Source of the DNA: Jimgerdemannia flammicorona
Taxonomy: Eukaryota
Direction: 5' to 3'
Assembly: GCA_003990765.1 (NCBI GenBank)
Contig: RBNJ01000329.1
Coordinates: 1-32,914 of the forward strand
Length of the DNA: 32,914 bases
The notes below the pieces were generated by a model, which was not told where the DNA came from, did no database searches, and saw only the letters and a list, made by a program, of their open reading frames with translations. Every line of letters begins with the position of its first letter. The stretch's first letter is position 1. Of the stretch, positions 1-11,054 are shown piece after piece. A program made the position numbers and the translations under genes.

Positions 1-126
1 GACACGGGGTTATTGGTGTTTTATCACGAAGATTGACATCACGTGAGCGTAGCGTAGTTGACATTATGCAATACGTAGTATAGTTACGCCTCCCTAGCGT
101 AGATCGACATTACGGCAAAAACATTG

Positions 127-1249
127 ACGTGCTATACTGAGCCTCAATTCTCGGTCCATTTAGTAAATTGAATTAGATGGAGGTATGGAGCGAGTAGAGA
201 TCACTGTTAGATCGAGCGAAAATCCCTTGATGAAATATTTTCAACCTACGTCGAGACGTCGAGACATTGAGATCCTAAAGTGTTAGGGCAGAATTCGTAA
301 GGCGGAAATGTTTAAATAAATTTTTTTTGGTTGTATACCAATCGAATTCGGTCATTCCGGCAGCACCCGTTGGAACTCCGTCAAAGTTCTTATTCGTTTG
401 TAACTTTCTCAAACGGTGAAAACCTTTGAAACCGTGACGTTTGAGCAACAAACCATGTTTCGTACGACTGTGGCTAGCCCTTTACCGCTATTACATTTTG
501 GAAATGCTTGCCAAATATCATAATGCGCTCCGATAGCCAATGCTTCAGATCTATGAAGGACAGAAAACCAGTAATAAATGCTAGTTTTCGAGTACTCGGT
601 GGAAAAGAGCGAATCGTATTGTCCCAAAGAGAAGTCAATTTCCCGAGGATTTGATGCGGTCGACTCAAAAAGATCTATTATGGGCGCCAGCTAGAGATTC
701 GCTTGGAGGTCTTTGGTGTTCGCATCGAGGGCCGGAAGTTTGAGTTCTAGTTTTGATGTTCACTTTGTGGTCTCGGGTTTTTTAATTACTCTTGATGGCC
801 CAAATGAAAAACTGTGTGTATTTCTGGCCTTTTTTTGGCAAAAGATAGCACATTAAAATACATGGAAGCAAGCTGAATGGTGGTATCCGGTTAGAGACTT
901 TTCTGACTGTGACTGCATTCCGAAGGAAATCCTGTCAAAAAAAGAATTGGCTTTCTATGAGCTTTGATTTATTTTTTGACTGGTATTTCCTAGGAACCCC
1001 TTTTAAAGACTGGAAAAAGGATGCTGTGCGAAGCAAATGGTATTCCATGGGCCCTTGTTTGAGTTTTGTAAACCTATTTGTCCTGCAAACAGCAGCTTTT
1101 TAATTTTCTTGAAAAAGGAGATATGAATAGCGATCATAAATTTGGATAACTGCCGGGTTCCGTCGGGTTTTCTCGATGCCTCGCTTTTCGCTCAATTTTT
1201 TATGTGAAAAAAATATTTTACACAAAAAAGAGAGAGAGAATACAGTAGT
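127..1249 (+). other. rDNA upstream region / 5' external transcribed spacer, copy 1
   Basis: Colinear with 31153-32322 (starts acgtgcta..gcctcaattctcggtccat in both) and directly precedes an 18S 5' end. Many substitutions and indels between the copies; CpGs retained. Confidence 0.85.
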
Positions 1250-1359
1250 TACCTGGTTGATCCCGCCAGTAGTCATATGCTTGTCTCAAAGATTAAGCCA
1301 TGCATGTCTAAGTATAAACAACTTTATACTGTGAAACTGCGAATGGCTCATTAAATCAG
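1250..1359 (+). pseudogene. Truncated 18S rRNA gene (first 110 nt only)
   Basis: tacctggttgatcccgccagtagtcatatgcttgtctcaaag...cattaaatcag; identical to 32323-32432 except T>C at 1264. Homology stops abruptly after 1359. Confidence 0.95.
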
Positions 1360-1416
1360 GTAATACCGGACGCGATAGTGCAAAATTTGGGGCGCACCCG
1401 TTGAATCTATCATTCC

Positions 1417-1590
1417 GAGTAGTGACCCACCCTCAACATTTGTTCTCCCATCCTCAACAAAATGTTAAGGGTGGGTCACTAGCTCAGTCTTCGATTTATG
1501 AGGCTTTCTATATATCTAGCAATTACGAACAGATTGGAGATTAACCAAATTTCCACCCTCAACATTTTCCGGGTGGTTTGTTGAGGGTGG
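1417..1590. repeat. Two inverted-repeat hairpins built from a CCACCCTCAACA motif
   Basis: gagtagtgacccaccctcaacatttgtt (1417-1444) pairs with aacaaaatgttaagggtgggtcactagctc (1456-1485). ccaccctcaaca (1553-1564) pairs with tgttgagggtgg (1579-1590). A further partial copy lies near 1716-1726. Confidence 0.85.
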
Positions 1591-2099
1591 GACACAGGCT
1601 CAGGCTTTTTTGATTAGTCCGGAGCTGTCACCTGGCCAGCATTATTCCTTCCGATATCATATATATCTAGCAAAATATAGCTCTGTAACTATGTGGAGAG
1701 ATAATTAATGCACAATTGAGGGTGGGCTAAAATCATGGTGACGCGTGAACACAAGTGGTCTCTTAACCATGGATTTACGCCCAAGATGCAAGGTTCTTTT
1801 GCATAAATAAATGTTGTGTTCAGTGACATTAGTTTGTTGGATGTAATGACTTTCCAATCGAGTGAGAAAACAGTATGATACCGGTTTGGCTGGGGTGGTT
1901 GAATGGTGGTCTTAGGGATTTTTGGAGGGTGAATGGGGAAGAAGAATACAAAGGCGCAAACGTAACATTCAAACGACACCAGCAGGAAAATTGGAATCAA
2001 GTTTTGATTGACGACACTTGATCACGTATACAACACAATCTTTATTCGTTACTTGGCAAAGCTACGCAACAACGATGTCACTCACCACCGGAAGCCAGT

Positions 2100-3199
2100 T
2101 CATGAAACGGTACGAAAAATGTATGTACACGTTCCACCTACATAGTTATACGTATGATATGACCTTTGGTCGAACGCCTTATATTCCCAATTGCCATTGC
2201 TAAAAACGGGTGTCACCATATACAAAATCTCAGGGTCCACCGCCCCGATCTCCACGATTCCTTTCATTATCAAGGAATAGTGGACTTCGTCGGCGTCATT
2301 GATGACCTGAAGCGCCCGACTAGTCAGAGAAACGCTGCGCATCCCTTGAATGGTCAAAGATAGAAAGATATGATGCGAAGTAACATACCTCGCGAAAAGC
2401 AGACGATCGGCGATGTCGTAGATAAAGGCGGCGATGTAGTAGATAAGGTTCATGATGTCGTAGATAAGCTCGACGATCTGGTAAAGAATGCCGTCTGGGT
2501 AAATATCCTCTGGCCGACTACGATATAAGTTGGCTGCGGCTTCTTCAGAGATATTGTAGACTGATTGACGAACATAGAATAACTTAGTACTATCTGGCAA
2601 AATTTGAATACTTGGCGACACAAACGATCTGCTCACCTTTGGCTATCAAACGGTTGTGTTTCACCACGGGATCGTCGTCGCTTCCCGGAATGTGGCGAAC
2701 TATAGGAAATTTGAGCGCAGCGGCTTCTTCGGAGATATTATAGACTAATTGAAGAACATAGAATAACTTAGCACTATCTGGTGAAATTTGAATACGTGGC
2801 GACAAACGACCTGCTCACATTTGGCGAAATAGCGATTGATTTTATCTTCGTCGCTTCCCGGAATGTAGGGACCTAAGAAAAGAGGGCATTTAGCACTAGG
2901 CTTTGCTACTCCTACGATAGAAAAGGAAAAAAAAGCTAACAGCATACAAGTAGCAGGCGGCTTAGCGGTGGGTTCTTCCAAGCGCCTACTTGGTATGTCG
3001 TTCAGGTCGTCCAGGTTGCCGTTCAGGTCGCCGTTCTGACCTAAAGAAAAGAGGGCATTTAGCCCTAGGCTTTGCTACTCTTAGGATAGAGAAGGAATAA
3101 TAAGGCCGACGGCATACAAATGGCGGGAGGCTTGACGGCGGACTTTCCCAAGAGGCTTGGAGAGTTGTTCAAGCTGTTGTTCTGGCTGTGGTTCGACAT
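2100..3199 (-). CDS. Intron-containing hypothetical protein, ~247 aa, 6 exons (3199-3118, 3040-2948, 2872-2819, 2744-2637, 2560-2389, 2334-2100)
   Basis: Introns of 77, 75, 74, 76 and 54 nt with GTATG/GTGAG donors, CTAA/TGAC-type branch sites and YAG acceptors. Splicing gives one open frame MSNHSQNN...KPPAICQNG...KPPATCPYIPGSD...FYNISEEAAA...VYNISEEAAA...IFRTVS*. The 54-nt intron is in frame and may be retained. Confidence 0.8.
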
Positions 3200-3289
3200 T
3201 GTGGAGAATTATATAGAAGAGGCATATACCACGTCGAATGTTTATAATGACTGTGCGTTTATGAAAAATTATATAGCTGACTGACCTTT

Positions 3290-4474
3290 AATGTGGCTTG
3301 TACACGTGACCCTCAACATCATCTCTTGGATATGTTATTCGGGTCTACATCACTGATCTTGACATATAAAAGCATGCTTAGAAAATAATAATAATAATAA
3401 TATAAAAGCATGCTCTACTCAAATCAATTAAACAATCAGTCCTTTTACAGTAATTCTGCAACACAATATATCTAATATATATCTACAATACTATATTACA
3501 GCTGCTAACAATAGAAGATATAAATATTTGTTTAGGATTATAAAGTAAAATATATTTTCTTGAATAACCAAATTCTCAGTCAGTCTATTGCAGAATAATT
3601 TTCTATTAATAAATATGTTATAGGGTGGCTAATTAAAGAATATATGTATCTATTAATATTAAATAAGACAGTAATATCTATATTATTTAAATTATCTAAT
3701 AGGATGTCAGTTGTTGATAATTGGTTAGGTTCTGTATCTCTCAACATATACTGATCATTAATCAAAGACCAATATGTGAGAGAATTATAAGTTTCATTAA
3801 AGATAGGATATAATATAGAAGAATGTGATTATATTAAGATTGAAGATGAAATCTCATCTATATGCAAATAATCTGAAGACTGAATTGCAAATATTAATAG
3901 AGATAAAGGTGGTAATATTATACAGATCAGTAGTATTAGAGACTGAAGTCTCATGCACATGTTGCTGCTCTTACAAGATATCAGTTAGCTTTTTAGTAAT
4001 AATATAATTCTTTTCTTCCTCAACTATAAAAGTGGAATTATAGATAAAGATATAAGAGAAGAGATAATATTTGATCATCATTATTTTTTCTATATAAATG
4101 GATACCTAATGTATAATACTACAAAGTTCAAATATATAATTGCTAACTGATTGCAAAAATATTAACTATTAAAAAACTATTTTATAAAGCAAAAATTCAA
4201 AATATAATAAGCCAATTAGATCTCATTAGCAGATAGTATTTTAAGCTAACCAAATTTCAGAAATCTAGAGATTGCTTTCTATATAATTTATACTTTTTAC
4301 ATCTTAATAATGTGGCTTATATATATGACCCTTGATAATATTTTATAGTTATATCATTTGGATCTATCTTATTGATCTTGACAAATAAAAACACATTCTA
4401 CTTAAATCAATAAATATAAATTTTCATTAACAAATATTTTATTTAATAAATATGATTTTAGTATTTATATAAAT
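3290..4474. repeat. AT-rich dispersed repeat family (host sequence of the TE nest)
   Basis: Block ~3290-3430 recurs at ~4308-4415 and ~12088-12195. Block ~3610-4055 recurs at ~11055-11340 and ~12250-12640. Block ~4110-4280 matches the ~300-bp tandem unit. Confidence 0.8.
3364..3414 (+). mobile_element. 21-bp (TAA)n-tail micro-insertion with 15-bp target-site duplication
   Basis: atataaaagcatgct at 3364-3378 and 3400-3414 flanks tagaaaataataataataata; absent from the paralogous blocks at ~4380 and ~12160. Confidence 0.55.
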
Positions 4475-4907
4475 TGTAACATAGCAGATACTTAATCTTG
4501 GAAGTATGTCGAATTTCTGTATCTTGAAAACTTGATCTTCTTTGAGTCTACAGAGTCCTTAGAATATAGGGGTGGGTGAGTTCAAAGTATATCTGCCTGC
4601 AGGCTTACTAGTTCCTTTGCTTTTTCTTTACTTTGAACTATTTTGATCTGAGGTTTATTCACTCTAAGATACTAGATTATTTATACAAGTTTGTTAGCTA
4701 TAAGGTGGCTGAGTTATGACTAAGTTATGAGTCACTTTTTGCAAGTGTTAATCCTTAACATCTGTTAAATCTTTATCTGTGAATTCTTGATATTTGTAAA
4801 ATAACTACTATTCATAAGGCTATACTATATTGAGAATTGGGTTTAGGTACTATGATCAAATGTCTAATTCTCCTGATTCTTGTTCCTAATTTGGATCAAC
4901 CATCACA
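4475..4907 (-). repeat. 3' LTR of element A
   Basis: tgtaac...catcaca; direct repeat of 10602-11054. Confidence 0.95.
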
Positions 4908-4948
4908 ACTTTCTCCTGAATAAGTGATTTGTCTCTAAAACATCCTAT

Positions 4949-5392
4949 TCACTTGAACTCCCAGGCTTCTATGATTTGTATCTTCTTGTACTATACAATT
5001 TGTGTCATTATATTCTTCCAATTGTACCTCTTGATGTATCTAAAATCTTCTGGAACTACTTCTCAGAAATGGGGTAAAGCAGCCTCATTATCTTTGAATA
5101 GCTTATTGACTCATTTAGCAATTGTAATCTGAGAGTGAGAGAGCTGGCACTCTTTGATCCAATCTTCTTTTCCCATTTCTGGTCATTAATTCAGTAGCTG
5201 TCCTAACTTGAAGTATTCTTGAAACTCTGTCCAATTCTGGTAGGTCTTGAAGTGTGAAATTCATGACAGATATATCTATACTATACTTTGGATTCTGTCA
5301 TAAGATTCCTCTATCATGGGTGGCTTGATAGTATACCATTATCTTTCTATGACTTGTTGTATAGTACTGGTGATCTTGAGAGCTGTGGTCAT
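4949..5392 (-). pseudogene. Third ORF (ORF3) of element A, ~147 codons, unknown function
   Basis: ATG at 5392 just after the pol stop; single frame with only stop-codon lesions: MTTALKIT...QEYFKLGQLL...ITIAK*VNKLFKDNEAALPHF*EVVPEDFRYI...EFK*. Confidence 0.7.
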
Positions 5393-5402
5393 ACTTCATT
5401 GA

Positions 5403-8400
5403 CTAGTTATAATACTTCTTGAGTTGGTTTCAGTGAGTAGTAATAGAGATGATTGTGTCTGAGAGTTTTCATAGCCAAAAGGTGATCTTTTTTATATCTT
5501 GCACCAGGTAAGGTCTCTCCTACTTAGGCTTCAGTTTTTATGACCATAAAGCTTCTACCATATTCTGATACACCAGGACTTTGTCTCCTATCTTGATAAT
5601 CTCTAGGGGCTTGTGAACTTTTTCCACATTATTCCATTGTAGTGTCTGTGCCTTGGTTATATAATCTTCAGCCTTTTTCCTGATTTAGTGTAGTCTCTGT
5701 ATCTCTCTATCTATACATTTCCATACAGTATCTCTATTAGATAATATGGTATCTTGAGAACCTTTTTCTCTGAACAGCATTTCTCAAGAGGTGAAATAGA
5801 TACTTTGTGATTGAATATCCTGGAGAGCAGATAATGCTATTGGCAGATAGTGATCCCAGTTTTCATAATTATCACAGATCTTAGCAATAACATTTTTGAG
5901 GGTCTTGTTGGTTCTTTCTGCCTGTCTATTTTCTTGGAGATGGTATGCTGTGGTCTGAATGTACTAGATCTTGTACTTCTTGTAGGGAACCTTAAAGAAC
6001 TGGTTCATGAATTCTGTTCCTCTATCTGTGGTTACTTGTGTTGGGGTCTTGAACTAGCAGATGATTTCTCTGTGAAAGAAATTAGTAATTGACTGTGCAT
6101 TGGCTTCCTTGAGGGTTCCTGCCTCTATCTATTTCATGAAAAGGTCTACAATAACAATAATATATCAGTTACCAGTCAAAGTCAAAGGTAGAGGACCAAT
6201 CACATCCTTGCAATGTAGGCAAATGGTACTGGTTCTATATGTGCTAATTGTGGGGCTTGGTTTCATTAGTCTTGTTTCTGCTTCTGACATTTGTTATAGG
6301 TCTTGACAAATCATCTGATATCTTCTTCCATTCCTGGCTATCATATTGTTCTTCTTGCTTTATCATATGTGTTTGTTCCTTCCAGATGGCCAAGTTTGTA
6401 TACTGATTTCATTACTTGGTCCTTCTTGTGTTCTGGTATAACTAGTAGTTTTCCTTTCTTCAATATTTCTCTATTGGTTTTGAATTGTTTCTATGTTCTG
6501 TTGATAATCATTTGTATCCATTCTTTCAGATGTTGGGACATCTTTTGCTGTCCCAGATAGGTGATCATTCTGTAGTAAAGCTCTTTATTTATGATTAGTT
6601 TGTTGGTTGGGGGTCCTTTGGGGTATCTATGAGAGGGTATCTGTATTTACAATGATTCTTCCTGGGCAGTGTACAATGGTTACATCATATGCTTGCAACT
6701 TCATGATCTATCTGGCATAGATTCCTTTGGGTTGTCCAGTGGTCAGTAGCTAGGTGAGGGCTGAGTGATCTGTCTAAATGGTGAAGTGTCTTCCAGTGAG
6801 GTAGTAGTGGAACTTTTCTATAGCCCAAATAACTGCTAGACATTCCAACTTATAGGATTCATATTCTTTTTCAGCTCCTTGGGTTCCTCAACTTAGGTAT
6901 ACAATGACATACTCCACTTTGTCTTTCTTTTGAGCTAGGACTACTCCTAGCCCTTAGGTGCTTGTATCTGTCTGCAGGATAAATTCTTGAGTCCAATTGG
7001 GTCTTCTGAGGATGAGTGCCTGGATCCGTCTGACCTTGAGTTCTTTGAATGCTTTCTATTGCCTGCTAGTCCATTGGAACTTGATATTCTTCTTATTGAG
7101 TTCATAGATTGGGTCTGCGATGTTAGAGAATTCTCTAATGAATCAGTAGTAATATGAGGCAAGTCCCATGAAGGCTTGGGCTTCAGTGACTGTGGTGGGC
7201 CTTGGGTATGCTGCTACTGCTTAAATCTTGAGGGGGTCTGTGTGTGTTCCATCTTAATTAATAATATGGCCAAGATAGATAATCTCAATTTCTGTAAATT
7301 TGCACTTCTTGGACTTGATGTAAAGGCCATGCTATCTCAACTTTTTCATCATCTACTGGATATACTGCAGATGTTCTTCAGCTATCTTACTGTAGATGAT
7401 AATATCATCCACATAAACCATTATCCATCTTCCCATGTCATAGTGGAAGATTTTATTCATCATTTGCTAAAAGCTTGCAGGGGCATTACACATTCCAAAT
7501 AACATTCACAGGTAGATATAGGTTCCATCTGGAGTGATGAAGGCTGATTTCTCACTTGCTATTTCTGTGAGTCCAATGTAGTGGAATCCTGAGTATAGAT
7601 CCAAGGTGCTGTAGTACTGTACTTCATCTCCCAGAGTTATAAGGATGTCATTGATAAGGGGCAGTAGTTGGCAATTCTTCTTAGTGACTACATTAAGCTT
7701 TCTATAATCAATACAGAGTCTTGGTGCAAATTCTCCAGACTTGCTTTCTTCTTTGGAGCTAGTACAACTAGTGAAGACCAGGGGCTGCTGGCTTCCTTGA
7801 TGATACTGGCTTCTTCTATCTGCTTGATTTCTTCTCTGAGCTATTCTTAGTAGGCTAGCAGGATATTCTTGAATTTATAGAGTATTTTCTTGAGTTCCAT
7901 CTTGAGTGAGAATTTATCTCCAATAGTATAGCTGTGCTTGTTCATAGTTTCCTCCTTCTTGTGCTGTAGCTCAGTGATCTTTATACTGGCAAATACTCCT
8001 CTTCCTGTAGATCTGAATCCTTTCCTTCCTCTTCCTGTTTCCTCCAACTTCTTGACTTCTATAATTCTTGGCTGAAGGACTGGGAAGATCAACATCTGTG
8101 CTAGTTAATCCTTCTTCTTAATTGGAAATGGAATTGTAGGGTTGTGGTTCCTAGCAATAAGTAGTATTTCTCCAATATAATCAGAATCAATGACTTCTCC
8201 TTCAATTGTGATTTTGCTCTTAGCAAGACTGCTTCTTGTCTTGAGGAATCCGACATGGCCTTTTGGAATGGTCATCTCCAGACCAGTTGTGAGTAGGGTG
8301 ATTGTCTGGGATTCTAGTATAGTTTCTTCCACTGTGGCAATATCCATTCCAGCTGCATTTTCTGACTTGTATTCTGACAAGACTGCATCAGGGTGAATCT

Positions 8401-10495
8401 TCCAAATCTTGATCTTGATTTCTTCTTCATCATCACTATCTTTGAGGAGAGCTGGTGGTTTGTCATCCTCTTCCTCTGCTTCTTCCATTCTCTTTTCTTC
8501 TCTTGCCTGTTTCTTGAGGGCTTTCTCTCTTCTTTGGTAGTGGATCTTCTTGATTTTGCCAGTGCACTGGTAACACTCATTGATATGCTCCATACAGTAC
8601 ATTCAGATCCCATGGGGACAGACTTCTTGTGGTGCATATTCTTCTATAATATTCTTGCACCAGTCTTCTTTGCTCATTCATCTAATCTTCTTCTTCTTTT
8701 TCTGGGTTGTCATTATATAGGCCTCCTCTTGCTCACTCTCTTCTTCCTCTATCTCAGGCAGGACTCCTTTATTGACATTGATCAGAATTCGTATCTTCTG
8801 TCCACAGTAGATGATCTGGATCTTCTGGGCATTTAGATCAATTATTGCCTTGGCTTTGTGAAGTCATTGATTGCCAATAAGGATATCATAGTTGGTTGCA
8901 TTAATCATGATTATATTTACTAGAATGGTTGCTCTTCCAAACTTGATGGAAATATCTCAGATCTTTCCCAGAGATGTGGCTCTTGTGCCATCTGCTGTGA
9001 CAAATACCAATTTAATTGCTTCTTCAACTTCCCAATCTAGGCAGTCTGCTGCTTTCTTGCTGAGAAGGCACCCTCCTGCTCCTGTATCAATAATAGCCTC
9101 AAACACTCTATATATCTTTGATTTGACAGGTTACATAGGCAGAGGTCTTGCAGTTGTCTTCACTTTCTTCTCCTGAGTCTTCTTGAACATTTTTGGCCTT
9201 GGTTATCTTCTAACCTTGCTCCTTAGTTATCTTAGCAAGTCCATATCTCATTTGCTGTCTGAATGTGGGTATTTCTGCCAACTGGCCAAAGGTGGCATTG
9301 ATCTTTTGTTGACTGAGATCCTTGAAGATATCATACTTGAAGGTCTTGGTTTTGTGAAGCTTTTTCTCCTTTTCTCCTTCACTAGCTGTAGTGGTTCCTC
9401 AAATAATATCTTGAACAGTCTGTTCTAACTCCATATCTTGATCTATTTCTTCACCTTGACTTTCTGTAGTAGTCTCCATTTGCTTTTCCACAGGGTTCTT
9501 CTTGGGTCTCCCTGGTGGTCTCTTATAGGGTTCTTTGTAGATATTCTTTTTGGTGGTCTGTACAGAATAGGCCTCCCATTCTTCTTCATCTGATTCTCTG
9601 ATTTCTTTAAAGGTGATGATGTTGACCTGTTTCTTATTTTGAGTTGCATTACTTGGCTGGGCCTTGCACTTGGTTTTGCTCATACATTTATATGAGTAGT
9701 GGCCTTCTTCTCTACAGGTATAGCAGATATCTCTCTTCTTGTCTGAGGTGGTGGTGAATTTCTGAATTGGTTGGCAGTTTCTTCCTTTAATTTCTTTTAC
9801 TATATCTCCTAGGTGAGCTGTTATTTTGGTGAACCTCTTGGCAAGTTCCTCCATGGGGTCACTATTTCTCTATTGCTTGGTAGCTCTTGGTTGAGGTGTG
9901 TTTTAATTGATTACTATAGTAGGGATTATGCTAGTTGCCTTGGGTGCTTCAATTCTGACTCTAGTGACTCTCTCTATTGTATGGTCTTATAGATGTCTGG
10001 CAATCTAGTATTGCTAAGCATAGGTGATCTTCTGTGCTAGATCAAGAACTATTAGTAATAAATGAATGGCCAGGGCTATCTCTTAGTGGATTCCTTTTAT
10101 GAAGATTACTTCAGCTACTTGATCTCTAATAGGGGTAGTATAATCTATAAAGATTATCTGATATTAGATTCTAGTGTAGAATGTGTTGAGATCCTCACTC
10201 ATTCCTTGGCATGTTGTGTTGAGCTGATCTTTTAGTGCCTGCTTGATCTCATCTGTGTAGTATGTGGCTCAGAGCCAGGTCTTCTGTGCTACTAGATAGC
10301 ATCATCATCATTTTCTATATGGGTTGCCACTGTGAATGCTGCTCTTGCTGATTCTTACAGACTAAATAGTATGAGAGTTACTTGCTGTCTTGCTGTCAGG
10401 CCCCTTATAGTAGTATATTGCTCAAAATCATCAATGAAGATAATAATTGATTTATCTGAAGTATAGCCATAGAATACTGGTGGTCTCATATTCAT
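5403..10495 (-). pseudogene. gag-pol of element A (many premature stops)
   Basis: Gag start MNMRPPVFYG; zinc knuckle CYTCREEGHYSYKC (~9683-9724); protease IIDTGAG (~9075-9095); RT YVDD (~7405-7416); RNase H; integrase DVIGPLP and TDRGTEF; C-terminal IKIGDKVLV domain. Confidence 0.93.
8003..8415 (-). pseudogene. dut: dUTPase domain of element A
   Basis: Trimeric dUTPase motifs AAGMDI, KTRSSLA, GEVIDSDYIGEI, LAQM, RGRKGFRSTG; one internal stop. Confidence 0.92.
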
Positions 10496-10601
10496 CTTGT
10501 CTGAATATCTTGCTTATATAGTTATTCAAGTGATGGTGGTTGTTTATTGTTTAGCTTGAAAGTGAGAGATGTCTTGAATCACTAGCCAATGAACACCAAG
10601 T

Positions 10602-11054
10602 TGTAATATAGCAGATGCTTAACCTTAGAAGTATGTCAGATTTCTATATCTTGAAAACTTGATCTTCTTTGACTCTGTAGAGTCCTCAGGATACAGGGGT
10701 GGGTGAGTTTGAAGTGTATCTATCTGCAGGCTTATTAGTTTCTTTGCTTTTTCTTTGCTTTGAACTATTTTGATCTGAGGTTTATTCACTCTAAGATACT
10801 GGGTTATTTATACAAGTTTGCTAGCTAAAAGGTGACTAAGTTATGACTAAGTTATGAGTCACTTTTCATAAGTATTAATCCTTGACATCTGTTAAATTTT
10901 TAACATCTATGAATTCTTGATATTTGTGAATTCTTGACATTTGTGAAATGACTGCTATTCATAAGACTATACTATATTGAGAATTGGGTTCAGGTACTAT
11001 GATCAAATGTCTAATTCCTCTGATTCTTGTTCCTAATTTGAATCAACTATCACA
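10602..11054 (-). repeat. 5' LTR of element A
   Basis: tgtaat...tatcaca; about 20 bp longer than the 3' LTR, from extra copies of a short internal repeat. Confidence 0.95.

Larger units (their letters stand above)
4475..11054 (-). mobile_element. Ty3/Gypsy LTR retrotransposon A, full length but decayed, dUTPase-bearing
   Basis: Paired TG..CA LTRs, 4-bp TSD AAAT (4471-4474 / 11055-11058), PBS-like TGGTGTTCATTGGC next to the 5' LTR, purine tract AGGAGAAAG next to the 3' LTR. Domain order gag-PR-dUTPase-RT-RH-IN. Confidence 0.95.

Noticed and set aside
409..1103. Short ORFs in the ETS (also 31383-32427 and 32691-32879)
   Set aside because: They lie in rDNA spacer or rRNA, and indels between the two spacer copies shift the frames.
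1357..1366. CAG|GTAATA at the 18S break as a spliceosomal intron donor in rRNA
   Set aside because: The 18S sequence never resumes at nt 111 except within the complete second copy; likely coincidental.
1689..2000. 103-aa ORF
   Set aside because: Non-ATG start, no recognisable motif, and overlaps repeat sequence.
8105..8602. dUTPase as a functional host gene
   Set aside because: Embedded in Gypsy pol between LTRs, and a stop precedes motifs 4-5.
5850..9428. Plus-strand ORFs in element A, and minus-strand ORFs in B and the A fragment
   Set aside because: Antisense shadows of decayed gag-pol with no independent motifs.
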